The translations under genes were made by a program, and so were the position numbers. The notes under the pieces are model-generated. The model was not told where the DNA came from. It was given only the letters and a program-made list of their open reading frames with translations, and searched no databases. This document shows positions 30,685 through 39,234 of a stretch of DNA of 64,000 nucleotides, piece by piece. The first letter of the stretch is position 1, and each line of letters begins with the position of its first letter. The DNA comes from an uncultured Muribaculaceae bacterium (GTDB lineage Bacteria; Bacillota_I; Bacilli_A; RF39; UBA660): NCBI GenBank assembly GCA_964425325.1, contig CAYRLX010000004.1, positions 4,577 through 68,576 on the forward strand, in the 5' to 3' direction.

Positions 30685-32760
30685 CTAAACCTTTCTAATA
30701 CTCTTGTGTCCTTTCATAATTTTTTTAATACCATATTTATGACTAAAAGCTATAGTTAAAATAGAACCTATTCCAACAATTATACCCTCTCCATAAATAT
30801 CGTGAACAACTTTATCACCTAAACTATAATCAATATTTTCATCAATCATTTTTTCCTTATCAAATAATGGTTTTTCCTCTTCGTCTTTATCTAAATAATC
30901 ATCACTAATCTCACCTATAAACCTACTAGGCAAATTAGAATTAGTATTACCATAAAGCATCCTTCTTTTAGCATTGACCAAAGTCAAACTTTTTTTAGCC
31001 CTAGTAACTGCTACATAACAAAGCCTTCTCTCCTCTTCAATCTCATCAGGACTATCCATACTATTATTATGTGGAAAAAGACCTTCCTCTAAACCAATTA
31101 AAAACACATGATCAAATTCTAACCCCTTAGCAGAGTGAATAGTCATCAAAGTGACAACATCACTATTATTTTTATGCTCCTCTATATCAGAAACTAAACT
31201 AATCTCAAGTAAAAATTCTTCCAAAGAAATAACACCATTATTCTCTTCAAAATTCTTAGTAATAGATTTAAACTCTTCCAAATTTTCAAGTCTAATTTCT
31301 GATTCAATAGTCTTAGCGTTCTCAAGTTCCTTTCTCATACCAGAAAAGTCCAAAACCAAATCAACAAGCTCGGTTAAAGATAGATTTTCAGATTCCTTTT
31401 TAATATCTTCAATCATTTTTTTAAACTGAAGTTCCTTGCCACTATCTATCGCATCATATAAACTAGTACCATTACTAATAGCTTTCATAGATAAATTTTC
31501 CACAGCTTTAGGACCTATCTGCCTTTTTGGAACATTTATTATCCTAAGCAAACTAACATCATCATTTGGATTATATATTAGCTTTAAATAACTAATTAAA
31601 TCCTTAATCTCTTTTCTATTATAGAAATAAAAACTACCAACTACCTTATAAGGAATATTTTCACGTAAAAGCTCTTCCTCCATATTACGAGATTGAGCAT
31701 TAGTTCTATATAAAACAGCTATATCATCACGATTAACCCCACTATTAATAAGTTTTCTAATCTCATTCATGACAAAATGAGCTTCATCCTTCTCATCATA
31801 TGCTCTATGATAACGAATTTTAGGACCATCTATATTTTTAGTCCATAAATTCTTATCTTTTCTATGTTTATTATTTTTAATAATATCATTAGCTACATTA
31901 AGAATATTTCCGGTAGATCTATAATTTTCCTCTAAAGGAATTACTTTCGCATCAGGGTAATCCTTCTCAAAATTAAGAATATTCCTGTAATTAGCTCCTC
32001 TAAAACCATAAATAGATTGATCCAAATCACCAACCACACATACATTCCTATATAAAGAACCAAGCATCTTAATAATCCTATACTGAGCCTCATTAGTATC
32101 CTGATACTCATCAACTAGAATATACTTGAATCTCTCTTGATAATTTCTTAAAACATCTGGATTTTCTTTAAATAACTTAATAGGAAGCAAAAGTAGATCA
32201 TCAAAATCTAAAGAATTATTTTTACGAAGCCTCTTCTCATACTTTTCAAAGACAGATAAAACAATTTCCTCATATTCACTGTTGGCAAACCTACTGTAGT
32301 ATTTACTATCCATAAGTTCATTCTTCGCACCACTAATCTTATTTCTGATACCCCTCGGATTATAAACCTTAGGATCTAAATTCATATCCTTTAATATTTT
32401 TTTAATAATAGTTAAAGAATCATCACTATCTAAAATAGTAAAATTTTTTTCATACCCAAGTTTTTCATAATTATCTCTAACTATCATTAAGCCAAAAGAG
32501 TGAAACGTAGATATCTGTATCTTATAAGCCTTAGGACCAAGCATATGAGTCACACGTTCCTTCATCTCTTTAGCAGCTTTATTAGTAAAAGTAATAGCCA
32601 AAATATTATAAGGATCTATACCATTTTCTTCTACTAAATAAGCAACCTTAGTTGTTAAAACCCTAGTTTTACCACTTCCAGCACCTGCTAAAACAAGCAA
32701 AGGTCCAGAAGAAAATTTAACCGCATCTAACTGTTTGTCGTTTAAACTATTTAGTTCCAT
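30685..32760 (-). CDS. pcrA: ATP-dependent DNA helicase PcrA/UvrD family
   Basis: Helicase motifs AGAGSGKT, DEYQDTN, TIHSAKGLEF, VAVTRAK. Confidence 0.92.
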   Translation of the reverse strand: MELNSLNDKQLDAVKFSSGPLLVLAGAGSGKTRVLTTKVAYLVEENGIDPYNILAITFTNKAAKEMKERVTHMLGPKAYKIQISTFHSFGLMIVRDNYEKLGYEKNFTILDSDDSLTIIKKILKDMNLDPKVYNPRGIRNKISGAKNELMDSKYYSRFANSEYEEIVLSVFEKYEKRLRKNNSLDFDDLLLLPIKLFKENPDVLRNYQERFKYILVDEYQDTNEAQYRIIKMLGSLYRNVCVVGDLDQSIYGFRGANYRNILNFEKDYPDAKVIPLEENYRSTGNILNVANDIIKNNKHRKDKNLWTKNIDGPKIRYHRAYDEKDEAHFVMNEIRKLINSGVNRDDIAVLYRTNAQSRNMEEELLRENIPYKVVGSFYFYNRKEIKDLISYLKLIYNPNDDVSLLRIINVPKRQIGPKAVENLSMKAISNGTSLYDAIDSGKELQFKKMIEDIKKESENLSLTELVDLVLDFSGMRKELENAKTIESEIRLENLEEFKSITKNFEENNGVISLEEFLLEISLVSDIEEHKNNSDVVTLMTIHSAKGLEFDHVFLIGLEEGLFPHNNSMDSPDEIEEERRLCYVAVTRAKKSLTLVNAKRRMLYGNTNSNLPSRFIGEISDDYLDKDEEEKPLFDKEKMIDENIDYSLGDKVVHDIYGEGIIVGIGSILTIAFSHKYGIKKIMKGHKSIRKV

Positions 32761-32835
32761 CTACTACCACCCTAAAAATAATTATACCAAAAATAAAAAA
32801 AATTTAAATAAAAAAAAGGAAATAAGAAAATTTTA

Positions 32836-32865
32836 GAGAATGATTATATATAGAGAGGAGGTGAA
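32836..32865 (+). repeat. shared 5' leader motif, copy 2
   Basis: GAGAATGATTATATATAGAGAGGAGGTGAA upstream of the M23 peptidase ORF. Confidence 0.7.
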
Positions 32866-32892
32866 ATAATAGTTGAACATGTACTTCAAAGT

Positions 32893-33618
32893 ATGGACGA
32901 AGTAATAAGTAATGAATATAATGTTAACCATCAAGCACTAGATATAGTATCAAGTAATCACACTCCGTCTGAAATAATAGCCTTAGATAGTGGAATAGTC
33001 GAAAATGTCGTCAAAAATAAAGAAGACACAGACCACAATACTAAAGGATTAGATACATATGGAAACTACGTTAAAATAAAGCAAAATAACGGAAAAAGTG
33101 CTTTATATGCTCATATGAAATATGGAAGCATAAATGTAAATGTCGGAGACTATATCGAAAAAGGCGCAATTATAGGAACTATGGGAGAAACAGGAAATGC
33201 TTATGGTAAACACCTACACTTAGAAATTAAAAATGAAAATAATATAAACGAAAATCCAAAAATTTCATTAAATGAACCAAAACAAGAAACAAAACTAACC
33301 CCTATTAATAAAAATAACCAAATTGATAATCCTACTCAAACAAATTCAAATGAATTAAAACAATCCAAAAATCCTACTCAAGAAGGCAATAACTTAAAAC
33401 AATCACAAAACAATATAGAAAAAGATCAAGAATATTTCTTTTCAAGTTATAGTGGAGGTTCAATAGTAGATGCATTAAAAGAAATAAGTGTAGACAGTTC
33501 ATTCGAAAACAGAAGTATACTAGCAAAAGAAAACGGAATAACAAATTACCACGGTTCCTATGAACAAAATATATACCTCTTAAATTTATTAAAAAATGGA
33601 AAACTAAAAAAGGCCTAG
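32893..33618 (+). CDS. M23 (LytM-type) peptidase with a C-terminal wall-binding-like domain; start uncertain
   Basis: HQALDI, YGNYVKI and the HxH motif KHLHLE. N/Q-rich linker. The C-terminal SIVDALKEISVDSSFENRSILAKENGITNY...QNIYLLNLLKNG motif is seen in Firmicute wall hydrolases and endolysins. No signal peptide. The good RBS (32853-32861) is 30 nt upstream of the first ATG. Confidence 0.7.
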   Translation: MDEVISNEYNVNHQALDIVSSNHTPSEIIALDSGIVENVVKNKEDTDHNTKGLDTYGNYVKIKQNNGKSALYAHMKYGSINVNVGDYIEKGAIIGTMGETGNAYGKHLHLEIKNENNINENPKISLNEPKQETKLTPINKNNQIDNPTQTNSNELKQSKNPTQEGNNLKQSQNNIEKDQEYFFSSYSGGSIVDALKEISVDSSFENRSILAKENGITNYHGSYEQNIYLLNLLKNGKLKKA

Positions 33619-33629
33619 GCCTTTTTTTT
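33606..33629. terminator. bidirectional terminator
   Basis: AAAAAAGGCC-TA-GGCCTTTTTTTT palindrome overlapping both convergent stop codons. Confidence 0.6.
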
Positions 33630-34082
33630 GTTTTTACAAACTTTAGTTACTATCTCATCTATTCCATGCATAAAATCCCTATGACTTTCAATTAATCCAT
33701 CTTCCAAACTCATATTACAATTTACCTCTATATTATAATCTTTTAAAATCGAAGATAAACTTAATAAAGATTCCCTTTGTTTATCACTAATATCTTTAGG
33801 TAAATATAAAAGACCAATCTTGCCAGTTTTAGAATCAGAAACTTTCAAAAAAACAATATTCCCATATCCCTCAGTCAAAAAAAATGCAGGGTATTCCACA
33901 ATATAATTTCCTTCTGACAAAATAACAAAGATAGTATTCTCTCCATAAACATCTAGCCCATAATTAACAAGTAATTCACTATGATCAAATTCAGAACCAT
34001 CATTTCCTAAATAATTAATAATTCCATCATTAAGTCCATTTTCTTCATCTAAAGGATTAATAATAATTGCTTTATAATCCAT
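33615..34082 (-). CDS. hypothetical protein
   Basis: 155-aa ORF from ATG at 34082 (MDYKAIIINPL). No recognisable motif. Confidence 0.5.
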   Translation of the reverse strand: MDYKAIIINPLDEENGLNDGIINYLGNDGSEFDHSELLVNYGLDVYGENTIFVILSEGNYIVEYPAFFLTEGYGNIVFLKVSDSKTGKIGLLYLPKDISDKQRESLLSLSSILKDYNIEVNCNMSLEDGLIESHRDFMHGIDEIVTKVCKNKKKA

Positions 34083-34173
34083 AATACCACCCAATATATA
34101 TCATACCACATTTTTAAAGGACCAATTACAAAAAAATGAATATAATAATATGAAACGAAAGGAGAAGATAAAA

Positions 34174-34291
34174 TTGAAAAAAATAATCATATTTCTAATA
34201 CTACTAGGACTCATCATTACAGGAATATTTACATTCAGACAAAATAAAAAAGAAACTAAATTAAAAAAGATAAAAGTAGGTGATGCTACTA
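34174..34291 (+). pseudogene. 5' fragment of the ABC substrate-binding protein gene, interrupted by the island
   Basis: TTG start with RBS AAAGGAGAAG. Encodes (M)KKIIIFLILLGLIITGIFTFRQNKKETKLKKIKVGDAT, then crosses attL into island DNA and stops at 34321. Confidence 0.8.
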
Positions 34292-34299
34292 TAACATCA
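34284..34299. other. attL of the island
   Basis: TGCTACTA|TAACATCA, the exact reverse complement of the 16-mer at 58973-58988. Confidence 0.75.
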
Positions 34300-34447
34300 A
34301 AGCGTCATCTAACTCATCAATAATTTCATCCAAAACTAAAGACTTTTCATTATCATTTAAATCCATCTCATTAATAATATCCAAAATAAGCTCTGATTTA
34401 AATAAAGCAAAATTGTCCAAATTAATATCATTAATAAAAACACTCAT
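34289..34447 (-). CDS. 52-aa highly acidic protein ending inside attL
   Basis: ATG at 34447 with RBS GGAGGGA. Peptide MSVFINDINLDNFALFKSELILDIINEMDLNDNEKSLVLDEIIDELDDALML. Stop codon at 34289-34291 on the host side of attL. Below the track cutoff. Confidence 0.45.
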   Translation of the reverse strand: MSVFINDINLDNFALFKSELILDIINEMDLNDNEKSLVLDEIIDELDDALML

Positions 34448-34484
34448 AAAATCCCTCCAAAAGATTATATGAATGTTTTTTTAT

Positions 34485-35069
34485 TTATTGACTAGCAACT
34501 AATTTTACTTTTATTTCAATTTGCGTAACACCTGGATTACTATTTTTAAAATCATAAGCTTTCCTTCCCCAATAAGTATCCTCTTCATCATCGCCAGACT
34601 CATAAGGCCATACTACTTTAACTTTAAAATTAGAAGTCTGCCCAATTTGTACAACCGGATTATCTTGAGTAAAAGTAGTTTTAAAAGGATAGTTATTAGA
34701 AAGTATTTCCTCGAGTTCTAAAGTAGTATATTCATCCTTAGTAAAAGTTTCATCAAAAATTTTAACAGAAATAATTTCATAATTTATATTTGCTGCAACC
34801 TCACCAGAATTTTTAATCTCAACCTTCTCATTAAAATCAGGCATCCCGGGATATAAAGAATAAACATTAAAAACAACTTCGCTTTCTAAATCAGTTCCAT
34901 CCTTAGCAAAAGTAATTTTCCAAGATTTAACTCCAGCATTTATCGTATTAGAAACCTTATTACTATAAATAAACCAAGCAAAAGCATTACCAATTAAAGC
35001 TAATACAAGTAAAAATAAAGTTCTCCTTCTAACGCCATTTTTAAATTTCTTATACTTACTCTCCTTCAT
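34485..35069 (-). CDS. small secreted beta-rich protein, TasA/camelysin-like (SipW-type signal)
   Basis: Signal anchor LFLLVLALIGNAFAWFIYSN, then VKSWKITF as in paralogues 43034-43603 and 55740-56330. RBS GAGGAA. Confidence 0.6.
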   Translation of the reverse strand: MKESKYKKFKNGVRRRTLFLLVLALIGNAFAWFIYSNKVSNTINAGVKSWKITFAKDGTDLESEVVFNVYSLYPGMPDFNEKVEIKNSGEVAANINYEIISVKIFDETFTKDEYTTLELEEILSNNYPFKTTFTQDNPVVQIGQTSNFKVKVVWPYESGDDEEDTYWGRKAYDFKNSNPGVTQIEIKVKLVASQ

Positions 35070-35619
35070 CTAATTCCTCTTCTTTAGACTTTATAAAATC
35101 AATTATTTCTAAAAAAATAAGAAAAGCAATTGGAACAAAAATTAAGAAATAAAAACCAAAAGAATTATTTAAAATACCACTTAAAAAACTTAAAACAACA
35201 GTCTTATACTTGACAACACCATACACTTGATCTTGACTAACTATAGGATCTTCAAGCGGATTATTAATACCCTTAGTAGTATACTCATATACCCCATTTT
35301 TATTTTCAATATTAATAACCCTGTGGGTAATTATTTTATCTTTATAACTATCAGCTTTACCCATATATACTAAGTCATCACCAATTTTAATCTTATCAAA
35401 ATCCTTACTTCCAACTAAAATAACATCCATTATCTTATACTCAGGAAGCATACTGCCTGATGCTATAGTAAAAAGCCTGTAATTACCCAAAGCAATTTTA
35501 TTATTAAAAACTCTTTGAACTAAGATTAAAATAACAACCATAATAGCAATTATCCAAACTACTATTCTAATTAAACTAACAATAAATTTTAAAACCTTAT
35601 TATCCATTATTTTTTTCAT
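35056..35619 (-). CDS. sipW: signal peptidase I, SipW/archaeal-ER type (catalytic)
   Basis: Catalytic Ser box IASGSMLPEY, His box IITHRVI, TKGINNPLED, and a C-terminal TM helix. Confidence 0.8.
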   Translation of the reverse strand: MKKIMDNKVLKFIVSLIRIVVWIIAIMVVILILVQRVFNNKIALGNYRLFTIASGSMLPEYKIMDVILVGSKDFDKIKIGDDLVYMGKADSYKDKIITHRVINIENKNGVYEYTTKGINNPLEDPIVSQDQVYGVVKYKTVVLSFLSGILNNSFGFYFLIFVPIAFLIFLEIIDFIKSKEEELDEGE

Positions 35620-36721
35620 TTAAACCCACCTTCAAATCATGCTCTTTAGCCATATAAAGTTCAATAGCCTCTTTATACTTCTTCTCAATCACACTAGTGT
35701 CTACAACTTTTTGATATTTAACCTTTATATACTCATCACCAATTAATTTCATAACATCCTCTAAAGATAAATTATCCTTAATACTTAATAGCTGATTTAC
35801 AGTATTAGAAGCAACCTGATTTTTCAAATCATCCTCAAGTTCCTCACTCTTTTCACTAATAGAAGATTTCATAATCAAATAATCAAGTAAAAATGAATCA
35901 TTCATCATCTTCTGCAAAACCCCATTATCCTCATAACCATTATTTTTCTTCTCACGGGTGCTACTCGCTTCCATATGACTTTGCATGTAATTCCACAAAT
36001 CTAAAGCATACTGAAAATTGACATTTTTTAAAATCAAATTAGTTTTTTTAATAGGAGACACAACAGGAGCAACATGAAGACGAGCAATATCTTTGTATAC
36101 ACTAGTGCTGCATAGATCTGCAATTTTTTGTTCAAGTTTCTCTATTCTATCAAATATAGAATTCTCTTTTTTGGAACTTTCCTTCAAATCACTCTTAAGC
36201 TGCAAAGCAATCTCAATATTTTCCTTGCCTATTTTGGATTTACCTCTATACTCCAAAGAAAGCTGTTCATTTTTCGAAGTATCAGATAAATTTTCAGTCT
36301 TCTTTCTTTCAATATACATCTTCATATTATTTATCAAAGTAAATATAAACCTATTCTCATAAGTATTAAAACTCTCTTCCTTGTTTATATTTAAAATTTT
36401 AGAAGGCTTAACCTCTTCAGTTTTAGGATCATACTTTTGAATCAAATTAGTATTACGAGATAAATGTTTAATACTATCGACAGTAATACGTCTAGCAAGC
36501 TCAATTTTAACAAGTTCTTCTTCATTGACAATAAACCTATTAGGATTTCTTAAAATATTATCGATATACCTTACAGTCTCCTCCATCTTAACAAGCCACT
36601 GATCATCATAGACAGTATTGTCCTTCTTTTGATTAACATTTAAAGTAGACCTTACAGAATCATTAAATTCCTTCTTTTTAATATCATCTAAATTATTATA
36701 AAGATTTAAAACATTATTCAC
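35600..36721 (-). CDS. McrC-N-terminal-like (DUF2357-like) partner protein without a nuclease domain
   Basis: Immediately downstream of the McrB-like gene. The segment SFNTYENRFIFTLINNM resembles the McrC/DUF2357 N-terminal region. No PD-(D/E)xK motif found. GTG start with RBS AGGTGA. Confidence 0.4.
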   Translation of the reverse strand: MNNVLNLYNNLDDIKKKEFNDSVRSTLNVNQKKDNTVYDDQWLVKMEETVRYIDNILRNPNRFIVNEEELVKIELARRITVDSIKHLSRNTNLIQKYDPKTEEVKPSKILNINKEESFNTYENRFIFTLINNMKMYIERKKTENLSDTSKNEQLSLEYRGKSKIGKENIEIALQLKSDLKESSKKENSIFDRIEKLEQKIADLCSTSVYKDIARLHVAPVVSPIKKTNLILKNVNFQYALDLWNYMQSHMEASSTREKKNNGYEDNGVLQKMMNDSFLLDYLIMKSSISEKSEELEDDLKNQVASNTVNQLLSIKDNLSLEDVMKLIGDEYIKVKYQKVVDTSVIEKKYKEAIELYMAKEHDLKVGLNEKNNG

Positions 36722-36731
36722 GATTTATCAC

Positions 36732-38252
36732 CTACGTTAACTTCTTAAGACGAAGCAAATACTCCTCGCATTCTTTCATTTCGCCTTTTCCAAAAGTAGT
36801 ATCTAAAAACTCAATAAAACCATCTATTTCATCTCTAATATAAGATATATTAAGTTGTTCAAACTTTCTTAAAATCTTTCGTGCAATAAAATAATCAACT
36901 CCCGCAACCTCAGTTCCACCGCAAGCAACATATACAGGTACAAACTTACGCATATGAGCAACAATACGGTTACCAAAAGCTATCCTAAAATGTTTAATAA
37001 CATAATTATCCATCTCTTCTATTTTATTTAAAGTATCCTCACTAACCTGATTCTCATTAATAGCCGTATTAAATAAATTACGTAAATAAGAATAATTAAT
37101 GTCTTGAGCAGGAGTATCAATAGGTTCAAAAACTTCACCCTTATCATTAATGTCTATTGGCATCGCACGGTCATAAACCTTATCAGTAACCATAAATGTA
37201 GAATCATCGTTATTGATAGTACCTATATACCAAACATTAGGGCTAATCTTAAGTTTACCATCAGAAAGACGCTCTGGATCACTACTCCAACCACTAGATA
37301 CAAGTTCGACAAGCCACTCATCTTCATTAGGCATCTCCAAAATAGAAAGCATCTCCGCAAAATAATACTCAACCCTGGCAATATTCATCTCATCCAAAAT
37401 TACCGTGAAAACATCATCAGTATAACCAGCTTCATAAATAGTCTTAAGAACATCAGTTTCATTAAACTTCTTAGTAAATTCGTTAAAATAACCAAAAAGC
37501 TCAGTACGATCACGCCAAGAAGGCTGAACAGAAGCTACGCAAGAGTCATGTTTTAAAAACTTACCCCAAGCATAAGCAAGTGAAGTCTTACCAGTACCAG
37601 AAATACCCTGCAAGATAATAAGCTTAGTAGAAGCTAAAGCAGAAATAAAGATTCTAATCATCTCACTTTTATAATAAAGCTTTAACTTACTAGCCGCAAA
37701 ATTTCTAAATAGCTCGACAAGCTCCTCCAAAGTAAAATTGTTGTTATAATTCTTAATAGTATAACTAGCAAACTCCTCGTCTATATTAGCAAGTTTAGCA
37801 AACCTTCTTCCGTCATTATTATCATCTTTCTTCTCTTCGCTTACCTCTTCAGTATCACTCTCTCCAGGCTTAAGACCCAAATGAGATACTTTCATAGCTA
37901 AAATATCTTCTTTCTCTTTAACCAAAGTAGATACCTCGTCATTTAAAGTAGCAACCTCATTTAAAAGTTCTTCCTGTTCAACTAAAGTTTTCCTAAATCT
38001 AATATACTTATTTACTAAAAATATAACGAGAAATAAAAGACCACCCACAACTAAAAGCATTAAAATAACAGCTAAAACTACAAAAATCCATTCAGGCCCA
38101 TTAAAATCTTCCTTATAAAAATTAAGTATCTTTAAATAGCTTCTAAAATCAAAAATTTGAAAAAAAGCACTAATAAATCCTTTTATAATCATATAAAAGC
38201 CACCAAAGAACTGACCTAAAAACTCATAGATAAATCTTAAAAAAGTATCCAT
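36732..38252 (-). CDS. membrane-anchored McrB-like AAA+ (AAA_5) NTPase
   Basis: Two N-terminal TM helices and a coiled coil. Walker A GISGTGKTS, then VILDEMNIARVEYYFAEMLSILE and WYIGTINNDDST as in McrB-family GTPases. Confidence 0.7.
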   Translation of the reverse strand: MDTFLRFIYEFLGQFFGGFYMIIKGFISAFFQIFDFRSYLKILNFYKEDFNGPEWIFVVLAVILMLLVVGGLLFLVIFLVNKYIRFRKTLVEQEELLNEVATLNDEVSTLVKEKEDILAMKVSHLGLKPGESDTEEVSEEKKDDNNDGRRFAKLANIDEEFASYTIKNYNNNFTLEELVELFRNFAASKLKLYYKSEMIRIFISALASTKLIILQGISGTGKTSLAYAWGKFLKHDSCVASVQPSWRDRTELFGYFNEFTKKFNETDVLKTIYEAGYTDDVFTVILDEMNIARVEYYFAEMLSILEMPNEDEWLVELVSSGWSSDPERLSDGKLKISPNVWYIGTINNDDSTFMVTDKVYDRAMPIDINDKGEVFEPIDTPAQDINYSYLRNLFNTAINENQVSEDTLNKIEEMDNYVIKHFRIAFGNRIVAHMRKFVPVYVACGGTEVAGVDYFIARKILRKFEQLNISYIRDEIDGFIEFLDTTFGKGEMKECEEYLLRLKKLT

Positions 38253-38263
38253 TAAATCACCTA

Positions 38264-39223
38264 CTAACTTGGTATATATATAATCTCATATTGAGATGAA
38301 TCATAAAGTTTTCTATCAGAAGTAATAATAAAAGCAAATATTTTAAATAACTTATTATTCTCCTCGCTAAATTCAAAATTACTATCAATCTCCAGCGCAA
38401 TTTTAAATCCTCTTCTAGTAAGATCATATACCCAATCATGATTAGAAATATAATCACTATATTTTATTTTTAAAACTAATTTTTCCTTTATAATATCATT
38501 ATCGATAGTTTTAAGAAGTCTTTGATTCTTCTTAGGTTTACTAACCAAAGAAAAGACATAATCAAGTATATAAACATTATTAAAATTTCCTTTAATAACA
38601 TCCTCTAAAGCACGAACACAAGCTAAAGAATAAGATACAAATAACTTCTGTTCACTAATAGCCTTATTACTAAAAACTTTCTCAATCGCATATTCACTAT
38701 ATAGTTTAGAAAATTTCAAATTATGTTCTAAAATGCAGTAAAAAATATTATCTTTAACCTTTAAATACTTCATAGAAAAATTATTATCAGAAAAACTATC
38801 TAAAAATTTCTTTTTAGTAATTAAATCCTCTTCAAGCATATTATAAAGCTTAGATTCAAAATTACTATCGCTAAGTTTAAGCTCTATTAACCTAAACATC
38901 TTAATTTCACTTATCAATTTTCTAACAGAATCACATTCAAAAGCCCCATCAAAATAAAGCATATATTTAAACATTTTAAACATATATCTTGCTTTATCCT
39001 TAAACTTTTCATCAATATTTAAAACAGATTTTTTTAAATAATACACGATATTCTCTTCTAATTTTAGAGAAACACTAGGATATAAATTATAATACCTAGT
39101 ATTTATATAAGCATTAATCATATCATCATAAATATTTTGATCAAAATAATGATCCAAAATCAACATCAAATATTTCTTGATAGAATCTTGAGAAAAACTA
39201 ATGTATTCACTAGCAATATTCAT
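38264..39223 (-). CDS. hypothetical cytoplasmic protein
   Basis: 319-aa ORF with RBS AGGAG. No secure motif; the C-terminus (RRGFKIALEIDSNF) only vaguely resembles EAL. Confidence 0.55.
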   Translation of the reverse strand: MNIASEYISFSQDSIKKYLMLILDHYFDQNIYDDMINAYINTRYYNLYPSVSLKLEENIVYYLKKSVLNIDEKFKDKARYMFKMFKYMLYFDGAFECDSVRKLISEIKMFRLIELKLSDSNFESKLYNMLEEDLITKKKFLDSFSDNNFSMKYLKVKDNIFYCILEHNLKFSKLYSEYAIEKVFSNKAISEQKLFVSYSLACVRALEDVIKGNFNNVYILDYVFSLVSKPKKNQRLLKTIDNDIIKEKLVLKIKYSDYISNHDWVYDLTRRGFKIALEIDSNFEFSEENNKLFKIFAFIITSDRKLYDSSQYEIIYIPS

Positions 39224-39234
39224 CTAACCAACTC

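Noticed and set aside
34095-34173. Riboswitch (e.g. TPP) upstream of the NMT1/THI5-like binding-protein gene
   Set aside because: The spacer is only about 80 nt, AT-rich and shows none of the conserved TPP or other riboswitch cores.
34281-34285. TGATG direct repeat (34281-34285 and 58973-58977) as a 5-bp target-site duplication or as the crossover core
   Set aside because: Recombination there also restores the frame (KVGDVIVAE), but it gives non-symmetric attB and attP. There are no terminal inverted repeats of a transposon. The TATA-centred crossover yields two perfect 16-bp palindromes and explains the attL/attR reverse complementarity, so TGATG is treated as a by-product.
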